DNA of 47,497 nucleotides. Source: a virus. Lineage: Duplodnaviria; Caudoviricetes. The position numbers and the translations under genes were made by a program. The stretch spans positions 1-47,497 of the IMG/VR virus record IMGVR_UViG_3300044630_006637; one strand, written 5' to 3'. The stretch's first letter is position 1. The number at the start of each line of letters is the position of its first letter. Shown in pieces: positions 25,258 to 41,228 of the stretch. The notes below the pieces were generated by a model. It was not told where the DNA came from and ran no database searches. It saw nothing but the letters and a program-made list of their open reading frames with translations.

Positions 25258-26235
25258 ATGGAAACAAACAAGCTCAAGCAAAATATTTCGGCAGATCCGT
25301 GGCCAGACGGTTTGTACCCAATGTCGGTCAGAATGAAGGATAGCAAGCGTCGCTACATGACTTCGGCGCATGTAACTATTTCGCCACTGCCGTCTCAAGC
25401 TTTAGTTTATGAAACACGCGACAACTTTCCAAGTGACGGTTTAGTTCTTGACAAACACAGTAGTCAAATCAACTTGCTTGTCCCACCGGGAACTTACAAA
25501 GTCACTTGCTCAAAAGCTGACGAAAAGATAACTACAGAAGTTACTGTTGCTGACCCACTAGCGTCTATTACAAGTAAAACTTGGAAAGACGGTCTTGACT
25601 TTTACTATCGGAATCAAAGATGGGACGTGTATATTCTGCGAGAAAACTCGTACAACAAAGTCGTTATCAATGAAAACGACAGAGTTCTCGATGTTGGCGC
25701 CCACATTGGCATTTTTGCACGAACGGCGCTTATGAACAATGCAAGTGTTGTTTGCTACGAGCCTGAAACCATTAACTATAAAATCTTGCAAATGAATGGT
25801 AAACCTTACGGTAATAAGTTCTGTTCAGTAAACTCTGCTGTAGTTGCCGATGACTCAGACTTCGCGTCCGCCGGCTTCGCTTCACTGTGGATTGACGCCG
25901 ATGGCGATGGAGACTCGGGCCGGTCTGCTTTGCATTCTTTGTATCGCACTCGCGGTGCCCGTCTGCCTGTCAACGTACCAGTCGTTTCTTGGTCTCAGAT
26001 GCTCAAGGACTGCAACCCTACAGTTCTCAAGGTGGACGTAGAAGGAGCCGAGTTAACCTATGACTGGAGTGCCTTGTCAGTATGCAATGACTTACGCACA
26101 ATCGCGCTTGAAATTGAAAACAAACGAAATCAGCAAGAAGAAAAACAGCGAATCGTTGAGTCAATTAAAGCTCTTGGATTTTCTCTTCTTAAAGAAACAA
26201 ATGGCTGGGCAACTGTTCAGCATTGGGAACGATAA
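25258..26235 (+). CDS. FkbM family methyltransferase with N-terminal extension
   Basis: VLDVGAHIGIF, YEPE..N, LKVDVEGAE; GAGGAAAG RBS before METNK. Confidence 0.85.
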   Translation: METNKLKQNISADPWPDGLYPMSVRMKDSKRRYMTSAHVTISPLPSQALVYETRDNFPSDGLVLDKHSSQINLLVPPGTYKVTCSKADEKITTEVTVADPLASITSKTWKDGLDFYYRNQRWDVYILRENSYNKVVINENDRVLDVGAHIGIFARTALMNNASVVCYEPETINYKILQMNGKPYGNKFCSVNSAVVADDSDFASAGFASLWIDADGDGDSGRSALHSLYRTRGARLPVNVPVVSWSQMLKDCNPTVLKVDVEGAELTYDWSALSVCNDLRTIALEIENKRNQQEEKQRIVESIKALGFSLLKETNGWATVQHWER

Positions 26236-26903
26236 AAGTGCCAAAAAAGAATACAAGCGAAATCGCTCTTTTGTACGCACGTGTGTCAACACAAATGCAA
26301 GTAAATGACGGAATGTCTTTAGGCGCCCAAGAGCGCGATCTTCGTCGTGCTGCCGAGGCTGCAGGCTTTACTAAAATAGAGCTTTTGCGAGAAGAAGGTC
26401 GCTCCGGTAAGTCAATTCAAGGACGGCCTGTGCTTCGCGAGGCCCTAGATAGACTTGATCGTGGAGATGCTGGTGCGATTTTTGTAACTCGTATTGACAG
26501 ACTTGCTCGCTCTACAAAAGACTTTCTCAGTATCGTAGATCGCGCAAATGCAAATGGCTGGCGAATTGTCATGCTTGATTTGAATCTTGACACTGCAACG
26601 TACCAGGGACGTTTCGTTGTGACGGTAATGAGTGCTTTAGCTGAAATGGAAAGAGCAATTATTGCAGAGCGTCAAAAAGACGTTCATAAAGACAGACGAG
26701 AAAAAGGTCTTAAGTGGGGCGTAGATCTTGGGCCAAAACCAAAAATTGACAGTGAACTATATGAAACTTTAAAAACATACAGAAGTAAAGGGATGTCTTA
26801 CAAAGCAATTGCTGATCGTCTTAACAAAGACGGAGTTAAAACGGCGCTTAATAAAAAATGGCACCCAACAACAGTTAAAAATTATTTAGACAAAAAAGAA
26901 TAA
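26223..26903 (+). CDS. serine recombinase (resolvase domain + short C-terminal DNA-binding region)
   Basis: YARVST catalytic motif, SGKS..GRP, RIDRLARS, AEMER; SYKAIADRLN..G......W..TTV. The start may be GTG 26238. Confidence 0.92.
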   Translation: MGTIKVPKKNTSEIALLYARVSTQMQVNDGMSLGAQERDLRRAAEAAGFTKIELLREEGRSGKSIQGRPVLREALDRLDRGDAGAIFVTRIDRLARSTKDFLSIVDRANANGWRIVMLDLNLDTATYQGRFVVTVMSALAEMERAIIAERQKDVHKDRREKGLKWGVDLGPKPKIDSELYETLKTYRSKGMSYKAIADRLNKDGVKTALNKKWHPTTVKNYLDKKE

Positions 26904-26987
26904 AAAGGTGGCCGGGGAAGCAATCTTGAAACCGTGTCATCAAGACGCTCTATCCCCGGCCTTAAGACGCCCCTCTCCCGAAGCGCC
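26902..26987 (-). terminator. double hairpin with U-tract between the convergent recombinase and primase genes
   Basis: Inverted repeats at 26910-26961 and 26966-26987; T-run on the minus strand. Confidence 0.6.
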
Positions 26988-27047
26988 AAACCTTCTAAAT
27001 GAAATAATACAATGAAATAGATAGCAAGTGGCTACTTTTAGCAAGTT

Positions 27048-29657
27048 TTATTTTGCAAATCTACTTGCGATTCCCCAGTCAACTTCCCCGGTTGGGACCG
27101 ACCTAGGCATTAGCATTCGTCCTAGTATTTCTGCGCGTGAACCAAGACCATTGATTTCAAGGCCTCGCTCAGAAAGCTTACGTTGAAATGCAATTTGTGT
27201 CATCGGACGTTCGCCACGTTCTTCTGACCATACTCTATAAACTGCGTACAGTGACTTGATAGGCGTTGACGCGTTTTCAACTTCTTTAGTTTCCTCGGTG
27301 AGAAAGAAACCAATACGGTCTTCATTTTTGCGATATATTTCTGCAGCTTCGCTTACTACTGAGCACCAGCCCAGCGCGTCGCGCGCGCTAGAACCAAGCA
27401 ACTTAATTGCGCCTTCAACTGCCCAAGATAAAACTGCAGGCAATCCGCCTTCAGGATCAAACAAGTAGTGCTTAAGATCTGGGTCAGGAATCTCTGGAAC
27501 TTTTGTCATTGGAATTGGACGAATACGTCGCCACATCGCATCATCAGAGATAATTGGTCTGTGGTTTGTTGTAATCCAAAGTTTTGCACGAGACTGAAAT
27601 GTAAATGGCTTTTCACCAGGAGAGCGAGCAGAGATTTCGGAAGAGCCAGTTAACTTTTTAACTGAGTTTTCTTTCATACGCTCAGACTCTGGAAGCTCGT
27701 CAACCCATACAAGACGTCGTCCGCGAAGTTCTGCCCAGTGATACAGGTCAGATCCGTGAGCCTGACCGTCTCCTTGCGCAAGAATACTTGAGTCCAACGG
27801 CCAAGCATATTGAGATGTTCCCATTGCTTTTACTAAAGCTTCTACAAGTGTGTTTTTACCGGAGCCTGCCGGGCCATAAACTAAAAACATGATGTCGTAA
27901 GTTCGTAATCCAGTCAGCGAGTAACCTGCAGCTTTTTGCAACCACTCTTGTAATTCTTTATCGCCGCCTGTAGCAAAGTCAATAAACTGTTCCCAGCGAA
28001 TATTTCTAATGCCCGGGTTGTACGCTACAGGCGCACGACGAGTGATATACAAGTCGGGACGTCCTTTAAGAAGTTCACCAGTTCGTAAATCAATTACGCC
28101 ATTTGCAACACCAAGAAGCGTTTCATCGCTATCCCATGCTTCAACGCCAACTTGCACACGAGGGTCTGATGTCGCACTTTCAATTGTGCCATTGATGCGC
28201 GCGTTTGATTTTGCCTGTTGCGCCCAGCGAATTACTTCCGACTGCTTATCAGCGTCATCAAGATAATGGACAACTTCACTTGCCACAATCGGCGCAATTT
28301 TCTTAGAGAGCTCACGCATTTCGAGACTTTCAACGTCAGGCTTCCAATATCCGCCGTCCCAATGAAACCAGCCAAGCCCTGGAGTGTATCTAATTGCTGG
28401 TCCGAAAGAGTCAACCAATCGTCGCCCGTTACCAGTGTCAGTAAGACTTCGTTTCCCTGGTTCTCCGCCTTCTTCCGTACCAAGAGCATCTGGGTCAAGT
28501 GGTACGTCGATGTTAGTGAGGCTAGTTGCCGACGATAGCGAATCACCATCAACCATAGAGCTGTGAACAGCGCCGCCAATAGTACCGGGAAGGTTATTAG
28601 GCGCAATGGTATGAGAAAAACTCGTCGCCTGTTGTGTTGCTGCGACTGTCGCACGGCTTTCCTCCGTTGATTTATTTGCCCAATCCTTTAACCCTGGCCA
28701 GAGTTTTTCGGTTTTTGGATTATCTATTACAAATTGAATTGCGCGTCGCACGTGCATAAGAAGACCGCCAGGGCCTTCTAGCTCGAGCGGCGGACGAACT
28801 TTTTCAGCGTTGAAACGAATCATCATTGTTTCAACGGCAAGCTTGCCAGCTTCTGTATTTACTGGAAACTTATTAGCAAGCGCGCATGATAGCGCATAAA
28901 TATCTACAGCACGCGAACCTTCGTCAATTCCTTCTGCAAGAAGTCTGTCAATATCAACACGGTCACCAGCAAAATCAAGAGAATCTAAAAAGCCCCAGTC
29001 GCCTTCGCCTAAAGCTGTTTCGGCACGACGGCCTTTCTTGCGAAGAGCTGATAAAAGTTCTTCTGGAGCTTGAGCAATTTCAATTTCCCACGGCGCTTTG
29101 CCTGGTGCCCATTCGTAACATACGCCAGAAAAGTGACGCGACGGCGCTATAAGAACATATCCATTATGTTTAATGTCAATTCCGCCAAGGCCAGCTTTTT
29201 TAAGATTACCTACAAGCGCTTCAGACTCGTCGCATTTATAGAATAAATGTCGTCCTCGTTGAATCTTGCCACCCATAGAGTACTCGCCTGTAATAGCTTC
29301 CACAGTGGGCGGCAATGCGCCATCGACTAATGATTCAAACTTTTCAAAAGAATCTGGACCGCCTGCGCGCGGATCAATGTCAATTACAAAAAACCCGCTA
29401 GGGCGACAAAATACTGCGGTGTTTTGATCTGGACTATTTTGCCACCACTGCTTTACAGTTTCAACGTCTGATGTTGCTTGACTGTTCCACTCTCCGATAC
29501 TTGGGTGCTTGCCGACGTCCTTAGGCTCAGCGTGAGTACCACCACATGTGCAACGTCCGCCTACGATTCCATAGCACGGTAAGACTTTCCACCCGTGAGT
29601 CGCGTACCATTCAGCCGCTGGGCCTAATCTGCCTTCTGCTTTATCCCACTCGCTCAC
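27048..29657 (-). CDS. bifunctional primase-polymerase fused to a D5/P4-type SF3 helicase
   Basis: N-terminal Prim-Pol (GKHP, VIDIDPR, GRHLFY, GIDIK..GYVLIAPS.H); TDTGNGRRL D5_N; Walker A GPAGSGKNT; TNHRP...DDAMWRRI. Confidence 0.93.
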   Translation of the reverse strand: MSEWDKAEGRLGPAAEWYATHGWKVLPCYGIVGGRCTCGGTHAEPKDVGKHPSIGEWNSQATSDVETVKQWWQNSPDQNTAVFCRPSGFFVIDIDPRAGGPDSFEKFESLVDGALPPTVEAITGEYSMGGKIQRGRHLFYKCDESEALVGNLKKAGLGGIDIKHNGYVLIAPSRHFSGVCYEWAPGKAPWEIEIAQAPEELLSALRKKGRRAETALGEGDWGFLDSLDFAGDRVDIDRLLAEGIDEGSRAVDIYALSCALANKFPVNTEAGKLAVETMMIRFNAEKVRPPLELEGPGGLLMHVRRAIQFVIDNPKTEKLWPGLKDWANKSTEESRATVAATQQATSFSHTIAPNNLPGTIGGAVHSSMVDGDSLSSATSLTNIDVPLDPDALGTEEGGEPGKRSLTDTGNGRRLVDSFGPAIRYTPGLGWFHWDGGYWKPDVESLEMRELSKKIAPIVASEVVHYLDDADKQSEVIRWAQQAKSNARINGTIESATSDPRVQVGVEAWDSDETLLGVANGVIDLRTGELLKGRPDLYITRRAPVAYNPGIRNIRWEQFIDFATGGDKELQEWLQKAAGYSLTGLRTYDIMFLVYGPAGSGKNTLVEALVKAMGTSQYAWPLDSSILAQGDGQAHGSDLYHWAELRGRRLVWVDELPESERMKENSVKKLTGSSEISARSPGEKPFTFQSRAKLWITTNHRPIISDDAMWRRIRPIPMTKVPEIPDPDLKHYLFDPEGGLPAVLSWAVEGAIKLLGSSARDALGWCSVVSEAAEIYRKNEDRIGFFLTEETKEVENASTPIKSLYAVYRVWSEERGERPMTQIAFQRKLSERGLEINGLGSRAEILGRMLMPRSVPTGEVDWGIASRFAK

Positions 29658-29869
29658 TTGGCTATGCTCGTTTCACTTTGAAGTGAACTAAGCCACGACT
29701 GCGCATCTTCGTAAGAAATGTAAACTCGGTCTCTTCCGGTTTCTGTTTTTGTTACAAGTGCTGGGAGCTCTCCAGAGGCGACCGCCCTCGCGACCACTCT
29801 AGCGGGAATACCTAATAGTAAAGCGACTCTTCGAATACTGAGGCGCTTATTAACATCTTGACTATGCAT
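29654..29869 (-). CDS. excisionase/MerR-like HTH protein
   Basis: LSIRRVALLLGIP...V.RAVASGELPA; ATGA-type overlap with the primase start. Confidence 0.8.
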   Translation of the reverse strand: MHSQDVNKRLSIRRVALLLGIPARVVARAVASGELPALVTKTETGRDRVYISYEDAQSWLSSLQSETSIAK

Positions 29870-29895
29870 TAAAAATCCGTTGCTGGGAGAAGCTA

Positions 29896-29930
29896 ATTTG
29901 TGACATTTGTGACATTTGTGACTAGGTCAC
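29896..29930. promoter_or_regulatory. three tandem ATTTGTGAC repeats plus an inverted half-site (candidate operator)
   Basis: ATTTGTGAC x3 at 29896-29922, then TAG GTCAC; next to a minus-strand TGTTATAGT -10 element. Confidence 0.6.
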
Positions 29931-30097
29931 TATAACAAACAAAGTGTCTTTTTGCCGCACTCTCAAAAGAATTTTTTCGAAGCGTGGGAAAAAATATTAT
30001 CATACTTTTTGCATTTTGTTTTCTTAGAGAAATGTACAATACATGGAACAGTATATGATACTGTTATAGGACTACGCTCAACATATGGGAGGCAACC

Positions 30098-30337
30098 GTG
30101 GGATCGCTCTTCGACGATATTTCCAATGAACAGTCAAAAAAAGGTAATAGGTCTCGTATTGCTGAAATACTTGATGCTTTGCCAGCAGACGAAAAGAAAG
30201 ATTTGCTAAAGGCGCTTGATGATCATTCAATCCCTGCGTCTAACATCTCAAAAGCACTTGCAAAGCGTGGCCACAAGCTCGCGATTAACGTAATTAGTCG
30301 TTATCGTCGTGGAGAATTGGCGACAAAAATCAAATGA
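30098..30337 (+). CDS. small putative DNA-binding protein
   Basis: GGGAGG RBS; ASNISKALAKRG..LAINVISRYRRG. Confidence 0.72.
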   Translation: MGSLFDDISNEQSKKGNRSRIAEILDALPADEKKDLLKALDDHSIPASNISKALAKRGHKLAINVISRYRRGELATKIK

Positions 30338-31335
30338 GCTTGTCAGACGATATTCACAAGGAAGACGAAATAGCTGAACTGCGTAAAGCTTTAAAATCTG
30401 CGCAGCAAGCAGAGTACAAGGCAAAGCGAAAAGGAGAAGCTTTAGTAGAAGCGGTGTTTAACGCTGCAAAAGAGTCTGCTCTTGCGTGCGGTCTTGGAAA
30501 AGCTATTAAGGCCCCAGCACCACCGCCTAAGGACGCGCGCAAGATTAAGCCCGAGGTTGCATTAGTTCATGCTACTGATTGGCAGAACGGCAAGAAAAGC
30601 GTAACTTACGACATTAAAAAGTGTTCTGATAGAATGGAACAGTTTGCTACTAAAGTTATGGAGCTAACCACGCTTCAACGTACTCATCACCCAGTTCGTG
30701 AATGCACACTGATGTTTGGCGGAGACATGGTCGAGGGAATTACAATTTTTCCTGGCCAAGCCTGGGAGGTTGAAGCTCATCTTTTTGAACAACTTTTTGA
30801 AACTGTTCGAATTGAAGAAACACTGGTTAGAACCTTTGCGGCATTTTTTGACAAAGTTAATGTCGTTTGCGAGTATGGCAACCACGGGCGCCTTGGGCGC
30901 AAAGGGGAAATGCCAGCAAATGACAATATTGATGCCATTTCATACAGAATCGCGCAAGACCGCACAAAAGACCTAAAAAACGTAACATGGCAAATGTCGC
31001 CAGATTGGTACCAAATGGTGACAGTCGGGAACTATAAAGCGTTGCTTGTACACGGCGATGAGTGCAGAGGCACCTCTAGTATTCTCCGCAAAGCAAACGC
31101 ATGGGCAACTGGCGTAATTGAGCCTTTTACAGACGTGTATATGGGGCACTTTCATACCCCTACTACGATGACAATGGCGAATGGTGGAAGAGTGTTTATT
31201 ACAGGTTCGCCAGAATCTCACAACGAGTACGCTCGAGAAGTAATTGCCGCAGTTGGCAAGCCTTCACAAAGACTTCACTTCGTTGATCCCGCTAAAGGCC
31301 GAGTTACAGCAGAATACGTTGTTTGGCTGGACTAA
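30334..31335 (+). CDS. calcineurin-like metallophosphoesterase
   Basis: TDWQ, GGDMVEG, GNHGR, HGD and GHFH motifs. Confidence 0.85.
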   Translation: MSLSDDIHKEDEIAELRKALKSAQQAEYKAKRKGEALVEAVFNAAKESALACGLGKAIKAPAPPPKDARKIKPEVALVHATDWQNGKKSVTYDIKKCSDRMEQFATKVMELTTLQRTHHPVRECTLMFGGDMVEGITIFPGQAWEVEAHLFEQLFETVRIEETLVRTFAAFFDKVNVVCEYGNHGRLGRKGEMPANDNIDAISYRIAQDRTKDLKNVTWQMSPDWYQMVTVGNYKALLVHGDECRGTSSILRKANAWATGVIEPFTDVYMGHFHTPTTMTMANGGRVFITGSPESHNEYAREVIAAVGKPSQRLHFVDPAKGRVTAEYVVWLD

Positions 31336-31392
31336 GTCTACAATACAGCCACCAATCTTTTTGATAAAATTTGATTGTTGTAGACAGGAGAT

Positions 31393-32577
31393 TTGGTAGC
31401 TGTGCCTTGGCCTAATGATGTAGTAATTCGCACTGTTACCGGTACATACCTTACTGCTGCCGGAGAACCCGCGAAAGGTAGAGTAACTTTTACTCCTTCA
31501 TCACGCATCGTTGATTCTAATGATGCGGCTGTTGTTGAGGATACACTAGTTGCTACTCTTGATGCAAATGGCCAGTTTCAAATAGAACTGCCAACAACTG
31601 ACAATGCTTTACTGTCTCCAGCCGGCTGGGCGTACAAAGTAGATGTAAGACTCTACGGAGTTAAGCCTCAAAGCTTTTACGCATTCTTACCATATGGCGA
31701 TGGGTCTGTCGTTGATATTGTCACAAATAAAACTGCCGGCAGCTCAGTAGGCAGCACTATAGCAATTTCTTCTCCTCAGAGTAGCGGCATTTCTGAGTAC
31801 TCCGGATCACCTTCTGGCGCAGACGGCGACTGGCCAAACGACGTAGTTACTAGAGTAGTCTTGGGCGTCTATCTAACAGCCGACGGCGCACCGGCAAGAG
31901 GTAGAGTTACTTTTACTCCTAGTAGCCGAATAGTAGATGCAAGCGACGCCGTAGTAGTCGAAGGAACACTAGTTGCTACTCTTGATGCAAATGGCCAGTT
32001 TCAAATAGAACTGCCAACAACTGACAATGCTTTACTGTCTCCAGCCGGCTGGGCGTACATTGTCAGTGTGCGTTTGTACGGCGTTAAGCCTCAAAATTTT
32101 TACGCATTTTTGCCGTATGGAGACGGCTCTCCTGTTGATTTATTAAGCGATGCTAGTCTTGATAGTTCAGTTTCTGCCCCAGTCGGCACCGGAAGCACTA
32201 TTTCTGGCACAGGTCTTATTGGGCCAAGAGGACCTGGAGTTATTTCTGGCGAAGGAGTGCCAACTTCTTCGATAGGATTTGACGGAGATATTTATATTGA
32301 TGGAGCCGACGGATCATTTTACGGGCCAAAAGCAAATGGAGAGTGGCCTTTAAGTCCATTTTATGCTCCATCGCAGCTTGGAGCTCAAAGATTTATTCAC
32401 ACCCAAGCCACACCATCTAGCACTTGGGAATTTGTTCATCCACTCGGAGGCAGGCCTTCTATCATGGTAGTTGATAGCGCTGGAACTGTCGTCATTGGAG
32501 AAATACGGTACAATAGTAATACGTCGATAACTATTTTGTTTACGGCACCATTTTCAGGATTTGCCTACCTTACGTAA
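31393..32577 (+). CDS. virion structural protein with an internally duplicated beta-rich domain
   Basis: Two ~105-aa copies starting WPNDVV; a short collagen-like GPRGPG..G.DGD.YID segment; C-terminal H.Q..PS.TW...H.LG. The start may be GTG 31402. Confidence 0.8.
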   Translation: MVAVPWPNDVVIRTVTGTYLTAAGEPAKGRVTFTPSSRIVDSNDAAVVEDTLVATLDANGQFQIELPTTDNALLSPAGWAYKVDVRLYGVKPQSFYAFLPYGDGSVVDIVTNKTAGSSVGSTIAISSPQSSGISEYSGSPSGADGDWPNDVVTRVVLGVYLTADGAPARGRVTFTPSSRIVDASDAVVVEGTLVATLDANGQFQIELPTTDNALLSPAGWAYIVSVRLYGVKPQNFYAFLPYGDGSPVDLLSDASLDSSVSAPVGTGSTISGTGLIGPRGPGVISGEGVPTSSIGFDGDIYIDGADGSFYGPKANGEWPLSPFYAPSQLGAQRFIHTQATPSSTWEFVHPLGGRPSIMVVDSAGTVVIGEIRYNSNTSITILFTAPFSGFAYLT

Positions 32578-32605
32578 GTCTGGTTAGGAATAGGAGTACA
32601 TTAAT

Positions 32606-33946
32606 ATGGCAACTAAGTTTCTTACAAACTTAAACCTCGTACAGAACCAGATTCTTAACGGACGTTTTGAGGTTTTAGGCGAGGACCCGTCTAGCGGCAC
32701 ATTTGAAGGCTGGATGATTTACAGGTCAGACCTGGACGTTGTTAAGTACTACAGCGGGTCTGCCTGGAAAACACTTATTAACAGTGTTGCATCAGCTGGC
32801 ACCCACACAGACGCTATTACAATTACTAACAATAGTGACGGCACAGTCTCTATTACATTAAATCTTGCCGATGCTGACTCCGCAGGTTTATTGTCTGCTG
32901 AGTTTTTTAGTCTTCTAAACGGCGCGACATCAACAAGCACCGGCGGTACTCTTGCCAAAAGAGATTCCAGCGGTCGTTTGCAAGTTGCTGCTCCATCTGC
33001 GGATCTTGACGCTGCTAACAAAGCATATGTAGACGCGGCTCGCTCTGGGCTAGACGTTAAGCAGTCAGTAAAACTTGCGACTAACGCGGCTCTCCCATCT
33101 TTTACTCATACAGCAGGAGTATTAACCGCATCGACTAGTGGTGCACTATCAATTGACGGCGCAACTCCTAGTGCTTTAGATCGAATCCTTGTTAAAAACG
33201 AAACTTCTACAAATGCGCCTTTTAACGGCATTTACGAAGTAACAACAGTTGGTGATGGCAGCACTTCCTGGGTGCTTACACGAACGGCTGACGCCAACTC
33301 GGCTGGCGAAGTTACTCCTGGACTGTTTGTTTTCGTTGAGCAGGGTACCGCATGGGCAGACTCCGGCTGGGTTTTAACAACTGATGGAACAATCAACCTT
33401 GGAGTAACAAACTTAACTTTTGTTCAGTTTTCATCTGCTGGTCAAAGCATTGCTGGAAATGGTCTTACAAAAGCAGGAAACACAATTGATGTTGTCGGAA
33501 CTTCCGACCGCATCAGCGTTACTGCAGACGCTGTAGACATTGCCTCTACCTATGTTGGTCAGACTTCAATTACAACACTCGGCACAATCGGGACAGGCAC
33601 CTGGGAAGCCACAGACGTTGGTGTTGGTCACGGCGGTACCGGAGCGTCAACAGCAGGCGACGCGCGCACAAATCTTGCTGCTGGTGGTACGCAAGGTGCT
33701 GGTGTTTCTGCTCCAGTACTTTCTCGCACAGTTGCTCTTACAATTGGCGACGGCACAAATACTTCTTATGCAGTTCAACATGGTCTTGGCACAAGAGACG
33801 TACTCGTGCAAGTGTACGACACCGGCGCGTCTCCAACATACGAAACCGTTGTAACAGATGTAGTCCGTACCGACACAAACAATGTTACAATTTCATTTTC
33901 TGCTATCCCTGCAAGCAATTCATACAGGGTAGTTGTAACCGGATAA
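32606..33946 (+). CDS. tail fibre / virion decoration protein
   Basis: DAANKAYVD, LDVKQSV..AT, DRILVKN.....NGIY...LTR..DA and GGTGAST...AR.NL fibre motifs. Confidence 0.82.
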   Translation: MATKFLTNLNLVQNQILNGRFEVLGEDPSSGTFEGWMIYRSDLDVVKYYSGSAWKTLINSVASAGTHTDAITITNNSDGTVSITLNLADADSAGLLSAEFFSLLNGATSTSTGGTLAKRDSSGRLQVAAPSADLDAANKAYVDAARSGLDVKQSVKLATNAALPSFTHTAGVLTASTSGALSIDGATPSALDRILVKNETSTNAPFNGIYEVTTVGDGSTSWVLTRTADANSAGEVTPGLFVFVEQGTAWADSGWVLTTDGTINLGVTNLTFVQFSSAGQSIAGNGLTKAGNTIDVVGTSDRISVTADAVDIASTYVGQTSITTLGTIGTGTWEATDVGVGHGGTGASTAGDARTNLAAGGTQGAGVSAPVLSRTVALTIGDGTNTSYAVQHGLGTRDVLVQVYDTGASPTYETVVTDVVRTDTNNVTISFSAIPASNSYRVVVTG

Positions 33947-33995
33947 ACAATAAGCGCCTTGAGGGGCACTTATTCATTACAGAAAATTGAGTTGA

Positions 33996-40346
<6,351 letters not shown>

Positions 40347-40353
40347 TAAACCC

Positions 40354-41226
40354 ATGGCCGAGAAAAATTTTGTAGTCAACGGCTCAATAATTGTCGACGA
40401 CGTTACCGTAGATCTTTCAGCAACTCAAAATGGCTCGTCGCTGCACCGCATAGGAAACACAGTTACAGCAAAAAGAGAAACGCCAATTGGCACTGTCTTA
40501 ATGTATACAGGGCTAATTAACGGTTCAAAAACAAATGTACCGACTGGATGGCTTCTGTGCGATGGCAGCGAGACAGCAGTTTCTTCGTACCCAGACCTTG
40601 ACACAGTCGTAGGGACAAGATACGGAGCGCGCACCAACGGTTCTGGCGGTGCAGGGACTAGTCATTTTAGGCTACCAAACTTGACTGAAAGACTGCCTAT
40701 TGGACACATTCAAACAAATACTGACGCGCCAAACACTTTGTCTTCTAGCGCTGACGCAAACACGCTAAGTTCACACAGTCACACGTCTAATCACAACTCA
40801 AGTGAGTGGGGAGACGGTGCTGGAGAGTTTCTTAACCACACTCACACCGTCACAACTGGCAACTCTGGCCATAACCATGGAGCGTCCGGTGAGTCTAGTT
40901 CAACAGGCACCCACCAACTAACAGCCGCAGGCCAACATACTCATCAGCATAAGCAAGGCAATGTCGGCGCTAGCTTTGTTGGCTCAGACGCCAGCCATAC
41001 TCACAACATGAGCACAGAATCAATGAACCATTCTCACACGGATGTTCCTGGAAATAGTGTTACGCACTCGCACACAGGAGAAGCTACTAGCTTAACTCAT
41101 ACTCATACTGTTACAGTTTCTACTTCAGACGCCAATCAAGCAATGAGCAATACGTCTCATCAACACGCGAGCGGATTTTCTGCAGTTCAAGTGTTTTTTA
41201 TTATTAAAGCGCAGCACGGTGTATAG
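40354..41226 (+). CDS. tail collar domain protein with His-x-His needle (paralog 1)
   Basis: PIGTVLMY...PTGWLLCDG...FRLPNL; repeated HxH; ends FFIIKA. Confidence 0.85.
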   Translation: MAEKNFVVNGSIIVDDVTVDLSATQNGSSLHRIGNTVTAKRETPIGTVLMYTGLINGSKTNVPTGWLLCDGSETAVSSYPDLDTVVGTRYGARTNGSGGAGTSHFRLPNLTERLPIGHIQTNTDAPNTLSSSADANTLSSHSHTSNHNSSEWGDGAGEFLNHTHTVTTGNSGHNHGASGESSSTGTHQLTAAGQHTHQHKQGNVGASFVGSDASHTHNMSTESMNHSHTDVPGNSVTHSHTGEATSLTHTHTVTVSTSDANQAMSNTSHQHASGFSAVQVFFIIKAQHGV

Positions 41227-41228
41227 CC

